This document shows, piece by piece, positions 50,391 through 62,833 of a stretch of DNA of 64,000 nt. The stretch's first letter is position 1; every line of letters begins with the position of its first letter. The translations under genes and the position numbers were made by a program. The notes under the pieces are model-generated. The model saw only the letters and a program-made list of their open reading frames with translations. It had not been told where the DNA came from and ran no database searches. The DNA is from a bacterium (lineage in GTDB: Bacteria; Krumholzibacteriota; Krumholzibacteriia; G020349025): positions 1-64,000 of the forward strand of contig JANLSU010000051.1 in NCBI GenBank assembly GCA_031362565.1, in the 5' to 3' direction.

Positions 50391-52508
50391 CTACTTCACC
50401 AGCGTCAGCTTCTTCGTCTCGGTGAACGACGGCGTCGTCAGGCGATAGAAATACACGCCCGAGCGCACGCGCGTGCCGAGGCGGTCCTTGCCGTTCCACG
50501 TCGCACTGCGATCGATGCCGCCCGGCACCCGCCGATTGACGAGAATCCGCACCAAGCGTCCCGAGATGTCGTAGATCGCCAGATAGACGTGTTCGTCCTG
50601 CGCCAGCCGGTAGCGAATGCTGGTCGTGGGATTGAACGGATTCGGCGCGTTCTGGTCGAGACGCGAGGTGATGACCGGCGGCGGCGCCGGGGCCGGCAGC
50701 GAACCATTGAGCAGGATCCGGCCGTCGGAGGGCGCCAGCGTTTCACTCGTCACCACCGCGCCATCGTAGAACGAGGAGCCTGGAATCGACAGGCGCTGAA
50801 ATGTTGCGCCGAGATCGACGTTTTGCGGGCTTGTCGTGTAATTGAGAAGCACGATGCCGTTTTCGAAATCGCGCCGGTACACCGACGCGTCACCCTCGCG
50901 GAGCGTCACGTCATCGAACCATACACTACCGGCTGTCGTCACGAACAGGTTGAGACCCGCGGCGTCGGTACCGCTGGCGACGAACGGGATTTCGTAGCGC
51001 TGCCAGGCATTCGTGATTGCAATGCGTTGATCGCTGAGGCAGCGGATGCTGGGGCACGCCGGACCATACAGGTGCAGTGTGATGTCCTGCGCCGCCGACG
51101 CGCGGGCCCAAAAGGCGAGCGTGTAGCCATGCCCGCCCTGCACGTTGACGGTCTGATACAGCTTGAAGTTGCCGTTCGTCTGCACGTTCGACACATCGAT
51201 GCGCACCGAGGTCGGCGCCGTGTGATAGGCGGTCGCATCGAGGGTCGCGTTGCCGGTGCAGAGAGTCGCCTGCGGTGTCCACGGTGCAAGGCTGGTGTCG
51301 AAGGCGCCGTTCACGACTTGCTCCGCACCGCTCGGGATGCCGATGCGCCGCATCGGTCCGAGCGGATATCCCAAGTAACCCTTGCCGCGGCCCGCATGGT
51401 CGAACTCCGGCTCCCACCACAAGCTGCCGTGGCCGGTTTGGGCGGCGTCCAGGCTGTAGTAGCCGTCCCCTAAGAGCGCCGAGGCGAGTGTGAAGCGTTT
51501 GTGGCGCTCGAACTCCGCCGAACGTGTGGGCGCATCCCAGGTGCCCTGCCAGTCGGCGTTCAGCACCGAGACCGAGTACGGAGTGCTCTGGAATGGCGCC
51601 ACCAAATAGCCACCCGGCTGCGCGAGCATTTCTTGATTCCAGTTGTACCCGTAGGCATTGCCGGGATCCGGGTTCGACGATGCGGACGGGAAGTACTCGT
51701 GGAGCGTGCCGTTCAGCCAGCCGAAGTAGTCGGTCGAACTATTCGAGACCACCGCCAGCGGCCGGCCGCCCCGCGCCGCGACGATCGCATCGAAGCGCGT
51801 CCGCGTGTCTTGCGCCAGGTCCCGGAGCGCGTGGTTCCACAACGAGTCGACCGCGGCGTCGCTGTCCATGATGCCGTTACAACCGGCCGGATTGTGCGTC
51901 GGGTTGCAGTCCGAATCGACTTGGATCGCGCCACCCTGTTCCCAGCCGATCGATTGCCAAAAATTGTCGTAGAACACGCCGTCGGCTTCCGGGAACTCCT
52001 CCATGAGCGCGGCGACGCGCGCCGCGATGTACTGGCGCCAGTTGCCCTCCGCACCCGTGGGACACTGATCGGTGATATTGACGAGTTGTGTTCCAGGCCA
52101 GTCGGAAGCGATCGTCTGATTCCAGTTGCGCCACCATAGGTCGTTCGAGTTCGCGTAGGCGTGATTTTGCTGGCGCCACGCATCCACCGGCGGCGGCACC
52201 TGCACGCAATACGCACACACATAGAAGAAGATCTTGATGTCGGGATTGAGCTGCCGCAAGTGCTGCAGGTCGGTGTGCGACCACGCCGTGTCGAGAATGA
52301 GTACGTCCCAGCGCGCTAGCGCCGGCACGTCGCCGGGGTCGATCGCGCCCTGCAAGTACATGTTCGCGAGACGCGGATACGCGGGTTCGGTAGCCGACGC
52401 GCCCATGCCACACGCAACCACCAGGACGGCGGCGATGAGAGCTGCGGCCCACGGGCACCGCAGTTCAATGGTCGAGTCGCAGCGTTTCACCCAGCGTTGG
52501 CGTCGCAT
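50391..52508 (-). CDS. Secreted putative glycoside-hydrolase-like (GHL) enzyme with CBM-like domain and T9SS-type C-terminal domain
   Basis: An RBS GGAGG lies 7 nt before the ATG. The signal/lipobox is '[19 protein letters not shown]'. A TIM-barrel-like N-domain, a beta-sandwich middle and the C-terminus '[14 protein letters not shown]...[35 protein letters not shown]' (Por secretion tail pattern) follow. Confidence 0.5.
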   Translation of the reverse strand: MRRQRWVKRCDSTIELRCPWAAALIAAVLVVACGMGASATEPAYPRLANMYLQGAIDPGDVPALARWDVLILDTAWSHTDLQHLRQLNPDIKIFFYVCAYCVQVPPPVDAWRQQNHAYANSNDLWWRNWNQTIASDWPGTQLVNITDQCPTGAEGNWRQYIAARVAALMEEFPEADGVFYDNFWQSIGWEQGGAIQVDSDCNPTHNPAGCNGIMDSDAAVDSLWNHALRDLAQDTRTRFDAIVAARGGRPLAVVSNSSTDYFGWLNGTLHEYFPSASSNPDPGNAYGYNWNQEMLAQPGGYLVAPFQSTPYSVSVLNADWQGTWDAPTRSAEFERHKRFTLASALLGDGYYSLDAAQTGHGSLWWEPEFDHAGRGKGYLGYPLGPMRRIGIPSGAEQVVNGAFDTSLAPWTPQATLCTGNATLDATAYHTAPTSVRIDVSNVQTNGNFKLYQTVNVQGGHGYTLAFWARASAAQDITLHLYGPACPSIRCLSDQRIAITNAWQRYEIPFVASGTDAAGLNLFVTTAGSVWFDDVTLREGDASVYRRDFENGIVLLNYTTSPQNVDLGATFQRLSIPGSSFYDGAVVTSETLAPSDGRILLNGSLPAPAPPPVITSRLDQNAPNPFNPTTSIRYRLAQDEHVYLAIYDISGRLVRILVNRRVPGGIDRSATWNGKDRLGTRVRSGVYFYRLTTPSFTETKKLTLVK

Positions 52509-52695
52509 CCGCGAACCTCCTACGACCGCGCGGAGCATCGAAGGCGCGACCGAGAATTCGTCGCGGCGTGCGGAATTTGCATTCCCCGGGCCAGGCTCGC
52601 GTGCCGGGCCAGATGCGGTGCGACGCGCCATCGCGCGCCACGCGCGGGTTGCCGGCGGTCGTGTGTGGAATCGTCCGGCGCGGTATACTGCACGC

Positions 52696-55600
52696 ATGGT
52701 GCTGCAGGGCTTTCATCCGGCGGTTCGGGCCTGGTTCGAGGGGCGTTTCGGAGAACCCTCCGAAGCGCAGACCGGCGCCTGGCCGGCGATTCGTGCCGGG
52801 CAACACGCGCTCGTCGCCGCACCGACGGGTTCCGGCAAGACTCTCGCGGCGTTCTTGTCCGCGCTCGACGATCTCGTGCGACTGGGACTACAGAGCGGTT
52901 TGAGCGACGAAACACACGTCGTCTATGTGTCGCCCTTGAAGGCGCTCTCCAACGACATCGAACGCAACCTGCGGGAACCGTTGGCGGGTATCCGGCGCGA
53001 ACTCGCGGCGCGCGGCCTGCCGGACGTCGACATCCGCACCTTCGTGCGTACCGGTGACACGCCGGCGCGCGAACGCGAGGCCATGGCGCGCCGGCCGCCG
53101 CACATCGTGGTGACGACGCCGGAATCGCTCTACATTCTGCTCACCAGCCGCCGCGGCCGCGACATGCTGCGCACGACCCGCACCGTGATCGTCGACGAGA
53201 TCCATGCACTCGTCGGCAGCAAGCGCGGTTCGCATCTCGCACTGTCGCTCGAACGCCTGGAGGCTTTGGCCGGCCGGCGCCTGACGCGCATCGGATTGTC
53301 CGCGACGCAGCGTCCCATCGAAACCGTGGCGCGCTTCCTGGTGGGCGCGCGCGGTGACGCCTGCACGATCTTGGATACCGGCCATGTGCGCCGGCTGGAC
53401 GTGGGGCTCGAGATGCCGCAGTCACCGCTCGATGCGGTGATGGCGGGCGAGGTCTGGACCGAGGTCTACGACCGCATCGCGGCACTGGCACGCGAGCACC
53501 GCACGACGCTGGTTTTCGTCAACACTCGGCGGCTGGCGGAGCGCGTCGCGCGCCATCTGTCCGAACGGCTCGGGGAAAACCAGGTCGCCGCTCATCACGG
53601 CAGCCTGTCGCGCGACCAACGGCTTACCGCCGAGCAGCGTTTGAAGAGCGGCGAGTTGCAGGCCCTGGTCGCGACCGCGTCGTTGGAGCTCGGGATCGAC
53701 ATCGGCGACGTCGACCTGGTGTGTCAAATCGGTGCGACGCGCGGCATCGCCACGTTTCTGCAGCGCGTCGGCCGCTCCGGACACGGCTTGGGGCGCGTTC
53801 CGAAGGGGCGCTTGTTTCCGCTGTCGCGCGATGAATTGGTGGAATGCGTCGCGCTCTTGGACGCGGTCCGGCGCGGCGAACTGGACGCGGTGTCCGTGCC
53901 GGCGGCGCCACTCGACATCCTCGCCCAACAGTTGGTGGCGTGCGCCGCGTGCGACGATTGGGCGGAGGACGATCTGTTCACGCTCGTCCGTGGCGCTTTT
54001 CCGTACCGGGATCTGGCGCGCGCCGACTTCGATGCAGTGCTTCGCATGCTGAGCGACGGGTTCGTGACGGCGCGCGGCCGCCGCGCCGCGCACGTGCATC
54101 GCGATGCAGTGCATCACCGGGTCCGCGGCCGGCGCGGTGCGCGCATCGTGGCGATCACCGGCGGCGGCGCGATTCCGGACAACGCCGACTACCAGGTCGT
54201 GCTCGAACCCGCCGGCACGGTCGTCGGCACGCTGCACGAAGACTTCGCCATCGAAAGCATGGCGGGCGACATCTTCCAACTGGGCAACATGTCATGGCGC
54301 ATCTTGCGCGTCGAGAACGGCCGGGTGCGGGTCGAGGATGCGCGCGGTGAGTCGCCGACGGTGCCATTCTGGCTCGGTGAAGCACCGTCGCGGACGCCGG
54401 AACTGTCGGCGGCGGTGTCGCGCTTGCGGAGCGAAGTCGAGGCGCGCTTGCCGCCCGCCGCGCTGCCGCGGGAGCACGGCGCGAACCCCGAGCCCAGCGC
54501 GTTGAACGGCCTCGACACGGTGATTCAGTGGCTGGTGCAGGAACGCGGCATCTGTGAACCGGCGGCGCAGCAGGTCGTGGAATACTTGGCCGCGGCGCAC
54601 GCCGCGCTCGGCGTTTTGCCGACCCAGGAGACCGTCGTCCTCGAGCGTTTCTTCGACGAAGCCGGCGGCATGCAACTCGTCCTGCATGCACCGTTCGGCA
54701 GCCGCCTGAACCGCGCTTGGGGACTCGCGCTCCGCAAGCGCTTCTGCCGCAAGTTCAACTTCGAGCTGCAGGCGGCCGCGACCGAGGATGCGATCATCCT
54801 GTCGCTCGGCCCGACTCACAGCTTTCCGATCGCCGACGTCTTCGGCTACTTGTCGGCGCGCGGTGTCCGCGACGTGCTCGAACAGGCGTTGCTTGCCGCT
54901 CCCATGTTCGCGACTCGCTGGCGTTGGAACGCGACGCGTTCGCTGGCGGTACCGCGCTTCCGCAACGGCCGCAAGGTGCCCGCCAATTTGTTGCGAATGC
55001 AAACCGACGACCTGCTGACACTCGTTTTCCCGGACCAGGTCGCTTGCGCCGAGAACTTGGCCGGGGCCCGCGAGATCCCGGATCACCCGCTCGTCGCCCA
55101 GACGGTGCGCGATTGTCTCGAAGAGGCGATGGACCTCGAACGGTTGGAGGCACTGCTCGAAGGCATCGCCGCCGGCAATGTCCGGTGCGTGGCGCGCGAC
55201 ACGACCGAGCCGTCGCCGCTGGCGCAAGAGATTCTCAATTCGCGCCCCTACACGTTTCTCGATGACGCGCCGCTCGAAGAACGCCGGACGCGCGCCGTGC
55301 TCGCGCGCCGCTGGCTCGACCCGGCGTCGGCGGCCGACCTCGGGGCGCTGGACGCCGCGGCAATCGAGCGCGTCCGCGACGAAGCCTGGCCGGATGCGGT
55401 GAACGACGACGAACTGCATGACGCCTTGGTGCTGCTCGGTTTCCTGACCGAGACCGAGGGCCTGGCGGGTGAGAATTGGCGCGCGTACTTCGAAACTTTG
55501 GTGAAGGCAGGGCGCGCGACGCGCGTTGTCGTGGCGCCTGATGTGGTGTGGTGGGTCGCAGCGGAGAGGCTGCCGGTCGTGCGGGCAATTTTTCCGGTGG

Positions 55601-57072
55601 CAGAGCTGCGGCCGGAGCTCGAGGTGCCGGCGGAGTTGGCGCGGGAGTGGGAGCGGGGAGCGGCGATTGCGGAGTTGGTGCGTGGGCGGATGGATTCGGT
55701 TGCGGCGGTCACTGCACTTGCACTCGCGGGAACGGTTGGCGTATTTGCACCCGAAATCGACGCGGCGCTACTTCAATTGGAAGCCGACGGCTCCATCTTG
55801 CGTGGACACTTCACGCCGGGCCTCGCACCGGAAACGCTCGAGTGGTGCGAGCGCCGGCTTCTCGCCCGGATTCATCGCGCCACGCTCCAGCGCCTGCGAG
55901 CCGAAATCGAACCCGTCGCGGCGAGCGATTTCGTGCGCTTCCTGCTCGCATGGCAACACGCCGGCGCCGAAGAACGCCTCGAAGGGCCGCAGAGCACCGC
56001 CGTCATTCTCGAACAGTTGGAAGGCATCGACGCGCCGGCCGCCGCCTGGGAAACAGAGATTCTGCCGCTCCGCATCGCCGACTACGAACCGGCATGGCTC
56101 GATGCGTCGTGTACTGCCGGCCGGACGACATGGATTCGGCGCGTGCCGCCACGCGCCGCGCGCGCTGATGGACCGGTGCGTTCGACACCCATCGCGCTGG
56201 TGGCGCGTCGCAACGCGGCCTGCTGGGCGGTCGAGCCGGAAGCGCCGGTGGACGAGGCGCACGCTTCTTCCGAAGCGCAGGCGGTGGAAGCATTCCTTGC
56301 GACCCACGGGGCGGCGTTCTTCGACGATCTCGTGGCGGGAACGCGCCTGCTCCGCACCCAGACGGAACGGGCGCTCGGTGAACTCGTGGCGCTCGGACGC
56401 GTGTCGTCGGATTCGTTTGCAGGATTGCGCGCGCTGTTGGTGCCGTCGAACGAGCGTCCATCGCTGCGGGCGGGCGCCGCGCCGCGGCGCCGGCGGCTGC
56501 AGGCTTCCAGTGTCGAAGACGCGGGGCGCTGGACGCTCGTACGGCGCGCCACCGCTCGGGACCCCGCGTCGCTCGACACCATCGTGCAGACACTGCTCGG
56601 CCGTTGGGGCGTCGTGTTTCGGCGCGTCGCCGATCTGGAAGAGGCGTTGCCTCCCTGGCGTGACCTCTTGCGCGTTTTGCGGCGCCTCGAGGCCCGCGGC
56701 GACGTGCGCGGCGGCCGATTCGTGGCCGGGTTCACCGGCGAACAATTCGCCCTGCCCGATGCAGTCGGCCGGTTGCGCGACATTCGGCGCACACCGGCGC
56801 CGGGTGCACTCGTGACCGTCAGTGCATCCGATCCGCTCAACGTCACGGGTGTGCTGATCCCCGGCGCCCGCGTCCCCGCGCTCACCGGCAACCGCGTGCT
56901 CTTCCGCGACGGCGTGCCGATCGCGGTACGTGAAGGGGGTGAGATCCGCATTCTCGCGCCGCTCGAGCCCGCCGACGAATGGCGCGTTCGCCAGGCGCTC
57001 GTGCGCCGGCCAGGCGCGCGGACTCGTTCGTCTGGATCGCCGTCTTCGCTTGCCGGCATCCGCATCGCCTGA
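52696..57072 (+). CDS. lhr: ATP-dependent helicase Lhr (large helicase-related, Lhr-core + C-terminal domain)
   Basis: The internal ATG gives '[53 protein letters not shown]' (Q-motif plus Walker A). 'VIVDEIHAL' is the DEIH box. 'GLSATQRP' is present. The product is about 1458 aa. Confidence 0.8.
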   Translation: MVLQGFHPAVRAWFEGRFGEPSEAQTGAWPAIRAGQHALVAAPTGSGKTLAAFLSALDDLVRLGLQSGLSDETHVVYVSPLKALSNDIERNLREPLAGIRRELAARGLPDVDIRTFVRTGDTPAREREAMARRPPHIVVTTPESLYILLTSRRGRDMLRTTRTVIVDEIHALVGSKRGSHLALSLERLEALAGRRLTRIGLSATQRPIETVARFLVGARGDACTILDTGHVRRLDVGLEMPQSPLDAVMAGEVWTEVYDRIAALAREHRTTLVFVNTRRLAERVARHLSERLGENQVAAHHGSLSRDQRLTAEQRLKSGELQALVATASLELGIDIGDVDLVCQIGATRGIATFLQRVGRSGHGLGRVPKGRLFPLSRDELVECVALLDAVRRGELDAVSVPAAPLDILAQQLVACAACDDWAEDDLFTLVRGAFPYRDLARADFDAVLRMLSDGFVTARGRRAAHVHRDAVHHRVRGRRGARIVAITGGGAIPDNADYQVVLEPAGTVVGTLHEDFAIESMAGDIFQLGNMSWRILRVENGRVRVEDARGESPTVPFWLGEAPSRTPELSAAVSRLRSEVEARLPPAALPREHGANPEPSALNGLDTVIQWLVQERGICEPAAQQVVEYLAAAHAALGVLPTQETVVLERFFDEAGGMQLVLHAPFGSRLNRAWGLALRKRFCRKFNFELQAAATEDAIILSLGPTHSFPIADVFGYLSARGVRDVLEQALLAAPMFATRWRWNATRSLAVPRFRNGRKVPANLLRMQTDDLLTLVFPDQVACAENLAGAREIPDHPLVAQTVRDCLEEAMDLERLEALLEGIAAGNVRCVARDTTEPSPLAQEILNSRPYTFLDDAPLEERRTRAVLARRWLDPASAADLGALDAAAIERVRDEAWPDAVNDDELHDALVLLGFLTETEGLAGENWRAYFETLVKAGRATRVVVAPDVVWWVAAERLPVVRAIFPVAELRPELEVPAELAREWERGAAIAELVRGRMDSVAAVTALALAGTVGVFAPEIDAALLQLEADGSILRGHFTPGLAPETLEWCERRLLARIHRATLQRLRAEIEPVAASDFVRFLLAWQHAGAEERLEGPQSTAVILEQLEGIDAPAAAWETEILPLRIADYEPAWLDASCTAGRTTWIRRVPPRAARADGPVRSTPIALVARRNAACWAVEPEAPVDEAHASSEAQAVEAFLATHGAAFFDDLVAGTRLLRTQTERALGELVALGRVSSDSFAGLRALLVPSNERPSLRAGAAPRRRRLQASSVEDAGRWTLVRRATARDPASLDTIVQTLLGRWGVVFRRVADLEEALPPWRDLLRVLRRLEARGDVRGGRFVAGFTGEQFALPDAVGRLRDIRRTPAPGALVTVSASDPLNVTGVLIPGARVPALTGNRVLFRDGVPIAVREGGEIRILAPLEPADEWRVRQALVRRPGARTRSSGSPSSLAGIRIA

Positions 57073-57229
57073 CGGGATGCGGGGCGCGCGCCGCGGACCG
57101 TGGAGCAGTTCTTGCTCTCGACCCCCAACGACCCTCGCCGTATTGCACTGCGCCTGTGGCATTCACAAGGGTCAGCGAGCTCGCCCACTGGGCTCACGTT
57201 GGGGTTTGCGAACGCACGGAGCGTTGCTC

Positions 57230-58912
57230 ATGCGCGGCCGCGTCCGGCACTTCGTTGCGATGTGCGCGCTTGCAGCCTCCGTGCGCTGCAGCCAGCAGAG
57301 CGCTTCGTCGGTTCCCGACAAGGCCACACGTCCGCGTGACGGCGGCACGTTGCATCTGGCCCAGGATGCTCCCGACCGTCTCGATCCCGCCTGTGTCGAC
57401 GACGCCTACGAAGCCTCACTGGTGAACCAGATTTTCGACGGCCTGCTGGCGTTCGACACCCACCTCAACACGGTGCCGGGAATTGCGTCCAGCTGGGTCA
57501 TCTCTCCGGACGGCACCGTATACACCTTCGAATTGCGCGCCGGCGTTCCATTTCACGACGGCAGTGAAGTGACCGCCGATGACGTGGTGTTTTCGCTGCG
57601 CCGGGTGTTCGATTTGCCGGAACACGAAACGGGGCTCGCTCGGGCCTACCTAGGACACATTCTTGGATCACGCGAGTACGCCGAGCATCGCACCAAACAA
57701 CTTCGCGGCCTCGAGGCGCTGTCGCCGCACCAAGTGCGGATCACACTCGAACATCCCTACGCGCCCTTCCTGGCCGTATTGGCTTCGGAAATGGCGCGCA
57801 TTGTTCCCAAACATGTCGTCGAGCAGGTCGGCAATGAAGCGTTCGCACGCCAGCCGGTCGGGAGCGGGCCGTTCCGCCTGGCGCGTTGGGTGCCGAACCA
57901 AAGCATCGTGCTAACGGCGTTCCGCGCCCCGAACACCGCGCATGTCTACTTGGACTCGATCGTGATCGACCTGCCGCAAGGCAACGTGCGCGAGTATGCG
58001 CCGCGGCAGTTCATGGCCGGACATTTGAGTGCGGTGGTCGTCCCAGACGGGCGGTTGTTCGATTTCAAAGGCCATCCGAATTGGCATGTCGTGAGCCGCC
58101 AGGAGTTGAGCCTCACCTTCTTGGCGCTCAATCCGCACCAACCACCGTTCAACGACATCCGGGTGCGGCGCGCCTTCGCGCTGGCGCTCGACCGCAAAGC
58201 GATCCTCGGCCGCGAAACGGGGGCCCGCATTCCCCCGAACGGCATCCTGCCACCGGGCATCCCCGGCTACAGCCCCGAGTCGAAACTCCTGCCGCACGAT
58301 GCTGTCACCGCCAAACAGTTGCTGGCAGCCGCGGGACATCCCGGCGGACGCGGCTTGTCGCCGGTGCGGCTGACGCTTGCGATGACCTCGGCCCAGGGGC
58401 GGGCGCTGCTCGAACAGGTGCGGGCCCAGCTCGCGGCGGTTGGCTTTCGGGTCCAACTTCAGGAACTCCCGTGGCGCGAATTCAGTCCGCTCTTGAACGA
58501 CCATTCGTTGCAGTGCTTGAACGTCACTTGGACGGCGGACATTCCGGATCCGGACTCGTTCCTGTATCCGATGTGCGCCAGCGACGGGTCGGGCAATTTC
58601 GTCGGCTATTCGAACCCCGCGGTCGACGCGCTGTTGCTCCGCGGACGCTCGACTCGCAGCTCGATCGAGCGGCTGGAGATCTACCGCGATGCCGAGCGGC
58701 GCATTCTCCAGGATGCGACGTTGATTCCCCTCTTTCACCCCTTGGGTGCGATCGCCGTTCAGGAGTATGTGCACGACTTCACGTTTTCGGCGATGGGGTG
58801 GGCGAGCATGCCGCTGGAACACGTGTGGCTCAGCAATGGCGCCGTCGGCGTGGAACCGATGGCCTCCGGCGTGCGCATCACACCCGCCACACTCGAAGGG
58901 CGAATCCAGTGA
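57230..58912 (+). CDS. ABC-type substrate-binding protein, family 5 (peptide/nickel/opine type), lipoprotein
   Basis: The lipobox is 'MCALAASVRCSQQ'. 'GGTLHLAQDAPDRLDPA...YEASLVNQIFDGLLAFD' is the SBP_bac_5 N-terminal pattern. It is 560 aa from the internal ATG. Confidence 0.65.
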   Translation: MRGRVRHFVAMCALAASVRCSQQSASSVPDKATRPRDGGTLHLAQDAPDRLDPACVDDAYEASLVNQIFDGLLAFDTHLNTVPGIASSWVISPDGTVYTFELRAGVPFHDGSEVTADDVVFSLRRVFDLPEHETGLARAYLGHILGSREYAEHRTKQLRGLEALSPHQVRITLEHPYAPFLAVLASEMARIVPKHVVEQVGNEAFARQPVGSGPFRLARWVPNQSIVLTAFRAPNTAHVYLDSIVIDLPQGNVREYAPRQFMAGHLSAVVVPDGRLFDFKGHPNWHVVSRQELSLTFLALNPHQPPFNDIRVRRAFALALDRKAILGRETGARIPPNGILPPGIPGYSPESKLLPHDAVTAKQLLAAAGHPGGRGLSPVRLTLAMTSAQGRALLEQVRAQLAAVGFRVQLQELPWREFSPLLNDHSLQCLNVTWTADIPDPDSFLYPMCASDGSGNFVGYSNPAVDALLLRGRSTRSSIERLEIYRDAERRILQDATLIPLFHPLGAIAVQEYVHDFTFSAMGWASMPLEHVWLSNGAVGVEPMASGVRITPATLEGRIQ

Positions 58913-61164
58913 ACGCCCTGGCTGCCGCAATCCTCCGCCACCGCAAACCCGGCCTGCAGGGCCGGTTCATGTTGTGGTTCGGACTCATCGTCATCACACT
59001 CATGACGGCTGTGGTCTTTGTCGTCGAGCGCCGCATGTCAGAGACACTGATGGAACAGGCGGAAATGCGTGCCACCGCCATCGCGCGTTCAATCGCCGCT
59101 ACCGTGAAGAGTTCGCTGCTGAACTACGACTATGTGGCGTTGCAACAGGCAGCTGAAACGGCGGCCCAAGACGAGAACCTGCTTTATGTCGTCATCCTGA
59201 CCAAGGAAAACATCGTCGCCGGCTACAGCGGCCGCGCCGAATTGCAGGGCCAAGTTTCGCGGCCACATCCAGGCCGGCGCGACTTGCCGGCCGAGGCATT
59301 GCAGATCCACCGCCTGAGCGCCGCCGCCGACCCGGCGATTACGGTCGAACACCTCGACATCGCCATTCCCGTCATGGTGGAAGGCGCGCCGGTCCGGTGG
59401 GGCACGGTGCGCGTCGGCATGTCCCTCGTTCCATTGCGCACCGCCGTCGGCCGGATGCAGGTGCTGCTGCTGGTGCTGGGCCTCGGAGCCATTCTCATTA
59501 CACTCGTCTCGGCGCGCCTCTTGTCGCGCCAGATCATCCGGCCCATTGCCGGCCTCGCCGAGGCCACCGGTGTCATCGCCGCCGGCAATCTGGATCACAA
59601 CGTCAGCGAGAACCTCGTCGGTGAACTCGGCGACCTGGCACGCAGTTTCAACCAGATGACCAGCGAACTGCGCCGGAGCCGCGACTCCGTCCACAGCCAG
59701 AACTTGCATCTCGAGAACATGGTGCAGCTGCGCACGGCAGCGCTGGCACAGAAGGCCGAGGAGTTGGAACGCGCCAATGCCGAGCTGACGGAACTCGACC
59801 GTTTGAAGAGCGATTTCCTGAGCAATGTGAGCCATGAACTCCGCACCCCGTTGACCGCGATTCGCAGCTTCACCGAGATCCTCCTGGATCCGGAGCCGAA
59901 CCTCGCGGATTCGGAGCGGCAGGAGTTTCTGCAAATTGTCTCGGCGCAATCCGAGCGTCTGACGCGGCTCATCAGCGATCTCCTCGATTTGTCGAAGATC
60001 GAAGCCGGCAAGTTCGAATGCCGCCCGGTAGCGATCGAAGCCCGCCGCCTGGTGGACACCTGCGTGCACTCACTCCGGACGCTTGCCGCGAACAAGAACG
60101 TTCAGTTGGTGACCGACATCGGCAGCCTGCCGCCGGTCTTCGCGGATGTCGACCGCATGAGCCAGGTCCTCACGAACCTCATCGACAACGCGATCAAATT
60201 TACCGCCGCCAAAGGCACCGTGCGGGTCGAGGCACTGCGCAGCCCGACGCGCCGCTGCCTCATTGGCGTCGAGCGCGAGGGTGCCTTGCCGCGCGGCGCG
60301 TTTCACGGCATGGAAAGCCGGGCGTCCGCCTATGGCGAGTTCGTCGTCATCTCGGTGCGCGATACCGGTGTCGGCATTTCGGCAGCCGACGAACTGCGCG
60401 TCTTCGACAAGTTCGGCCAAGTAGGCAACGTTCTCACGGACAAACCGCAGGGCACCGGCTTGGGGTTGCCGATTTCCGGCAGCATCGCCGTACAGCATGG
60501 GGGTGCACTCTGGGTGGAGAGCACACCCGGGGTCGGCTCGGTGTTTTCGGTGTCGATTCCGATTGCCCCCACCGGAGCTCGCACCAAGCTGAACGGCGGC
60601 GGGCTTGCGGACTCGGGGCACGAAAATGGCGTCGCTTCGGCGCTACCGAATTCGGCCGCGAACGGCGGTTCGGCGTCCGAGGAAGGCTCGAGGCCAGGCA
60701 GTCGTGCGGCGGACTCGTTCGCCGCCCGCACCTCGGCATCATCGGCAGCGGCGTTGGATGATCCCGCGGCACCTTCCGAGGCTCTGGTCGGCGCACTGCA
60801 GCGCAGCACGGTCGGCAAGCGCATTCTGGTCGTCGACGACGAGCCGAGCATCGTCTCCGCCCTCACCGAAGTCTTGCAGCCGGCCGGCTACGTCGCGATT
60901 GGCTGCTCGACCGGCAGCCAAGCGGTGGCCCGGGCGCGTGACTTGCGGCCGGATGCCATCGTGCTCGACATCATGATGCCGGAAATCAACGGCTTCGATG
61001 TGTTGCGCCTGCTCAAGAGTGAGCCCTCGACGGCGCACATTCCGGTCATCGTGTTGTCCGTGCTCGACGACCGCGAAAAAGCCATCAGCCTGGGCGCGGC
61101 GGAATACGTCCGCAAGCCCTTCGACAAGCAAGTGTTGCTGGACAACGTCCGAATGTTCGTCTGA
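58909..61164 (+). CDS. Hybrid sensor histidine kinase (TM sensor, HAMP, HisKA, HATPase_c, C-terminal REC)
   Basis: The GTG start overlaps the SBP stop (GTGA). The TM helices are 'MLWFGLIVITLMTAVVFVV' and 'VLLLVLGLGAILITLV'. The HAMP domain is 'IRPIAGLAEATGVIAAGNLD'. The H-box is 'FLSNVSHELRTPL'. The G-box is 'GTGLGLPIS'. The REC is 'ILVVDDEPSIV...IVLDIMMP'. Confidence 0.75.
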   Translation: MNALAAAILRHRKPGLQGRFMLWFGLIVITLMTAVVFVVERRMSETLMEQAEMRATAIARSIAATVKSSLLNYDYVALQQAAETAAQDENLLYVVILTKENIVAGYSGRAELQGQVSRPHPGRRDLPAEALQIHRLSAAADPAITVEHLDIAIPVMVEGAPVRWGTVRVGMSLVPLRTAVGRMQVLLLVLGLGAILITLVSARLLSRQIIRPIAGLAEATGVIAAGNLDHNVSENLVGELGDLARSFNQMTSELRRSRDSVHSQNLHLENMVQLRTAALAQKAEELERANAELTELDRLKSDFLSNVSHELRTPLTAIRSFTEILLDPEPNLADSERQEFLQIVSAQSERLTRLISDLLDLSKIEAGKFECRPVAIEARRLVDTCVHSLRTLAANKNVQLVTDIGSLPPVFADVDRMSQVLTNLIDNAIKFTAAKGTVRVEALRSPTRRCLIGVEREGALPRGAFHGMESRASAYGEFVVISVRDTGVGISAADELRVFDKFGQVGNVLTDKPQGTGLGLPISGSIAVQHGGALWVESTPGVGSVFSVSIPIAPTGARTKLNGGGLADSGHENGVASALPNSAANGGSASEEGSRPGSRAADSFAARTSASSAAALDDPAAPSEALVGALQRSTVGKRILVVDDEPSIVSALTEVLQPAGYVAIGCSTGSQAVARARDLRPDAIVLDIMMPEINGFDVLRLLKSEPSTAHIPVIVLSVLDDREKAISLGAAEYVRKPFDKQVLLDNVRMFV

Positions 61165-61191
61165 CAGCGCTCGAGCGGAAGGATTTCCAAG

Positions 61192-61590
<399 letters not shown>

Positions 61591-61614
61591 ACCTTCGGCG
61601 CCGGCGCCGCACCA

Positions 61615-62523
61615 TCAACGGTAGAGGCTCTTGACGCCGCCCCACGCGTTGTTTTCGATGCTGATCGTCGGCACCCACACGTCGGTAATCGGCGCCGCGG
61701 TCACCGCGTTCGCGAACGGCGCCAGGCCGAGCGCGTCGCAAATCGTCCGCACCAAGTTGTAGTGATTGACGGTACCCGGCGACACGAAATTTGGAATCAC
61801 CATTGGACCCGCGAACACCGTCAATATGCGGTTGAACGACGCACTGTCGTCTTCGTCCCACGTCAAGATCACACAGCCATTCGGCCCGGCTGCGGCGACC
61901 ATCGCCGGAATGTTGTTGGACAGCCACGTATCACCCACCGCCAGCGCGCAGTCGTGCGTGTTGTTGCAATTGTTCGGGATCACGAACACCAAGTTCGGCA
62001 GCGTGTTGTTGGCGATGTCCAGCGCCAAGTCGGAGTACGGCCGTTCGTTCAGATGATTCAAGTTGTTGAAGTTCGTCCACGGGTCATGCTTGCGCGTGTA
62101 GAGCATGCCATCGTTGGTGCAAAGAACCGAACCGGCGGCCGACAAATTCTCGCTGTACGCGCGCCAGGTGAGGCCGGCGGCTTCGCAAGCGTGCCCGAGG
62201 TTCTCGGCGCTGAAGGGCGAGCCGAATGCCGGACATTGGTTGCTGTTGACTCCGAGAAGACTGCCTGCCCACAGGGCGATGTAGTTCGGTTGCGACGGGT
62301 GAGTGATGGCGAAAGAGTTGGAGCAATGGCTGTTGGCGGCGATGAGACTGGCGGTGTACGGCAGAACCCGCACTTGGTTGTAGCTCTTGTTTTCCATGAC
62401 CACGACGATGACGTGATCGAGATGCGGCACCGAGGCCGCCTGGGCTCGGCCCGCGGACAACAACGCCGCAAGAGCCACGATGAGCGCGGCGCCTTTCGAC
62501 TGGGTGGGCGACACGACGTTCAC
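61615..62523 (-). CDS. Secreted phosphoesterase-family protein (PLC/AcpA-type) with conserved 'LYR' C-terminal tail
   Basis: After the GTG start, the signal peptide is 'ALIVALAALLSAGRAQA'. 'HVIVVVMENKSYNQV' is the phosphoesterase (PF04185-type) motif. The C-terminus is 'ISIENNAWGGVKSLYR'. Confidence 0.6.
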   Translation of the reverse strand: MNVVSPTQSKGAALIVALAALLSAGRAQAASVPHLDHVIVVVMENKSYNQVRVLPYTASLIAANSHCSNSFAITHPSQPNYIALWAGSLLGVNSNQCPAFGSPFSAENLGHACEAAGLTWRAYSENLSAAGSVLCTNDGMLYTRKHDPWTNFNNLNHLNERPYSDLALDIANNTLPNLVFVIPNNCNNTHDCALAVGDTWLSNNIPAMVAAAGPNGCVILTWDEDDSASFNRILTVFAGPMVIPNFVSPGTVNHYNLVRTICDALGLAPFANAVTAAPITDVWVPTISIENNAWGGVKSLYR

Positions 62524-62833
62524 GCGGTCTCCTCTCGAGATGCAAGCACCGGTGCGGACCTTCTAGAGTTCGTCTGGCATCTGCCGTCAGGCCCTTGATT
62601 CTATCCGACCGGGCGCTGGTTGTCCCTGGTCGCGAAACCTGGAACGGCGGCGTGCCCGGGGGCCCCGTGGCCCGAGGAACCCCCGTCCAGCTGCCCTTCC
62701 GCGTTGTCGATCCACGGGCCAGCGTGCTATTCTGTGCCATTCGAACCGCGTCGCTCCGCCGGGCGTCCGGGAGTTGCATCCGTTGCTCAGCACCAAGTCC
62801 GCCCATTCGCTTCGCCGCCTGCGAAGCAAACCG

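Noticed and set aside
54292-57197. Minus-strand ORFs 54292..55419, 55768..57162 and 56082..57197
   Set aside because: All are antisense to the Lhr helicase gene.
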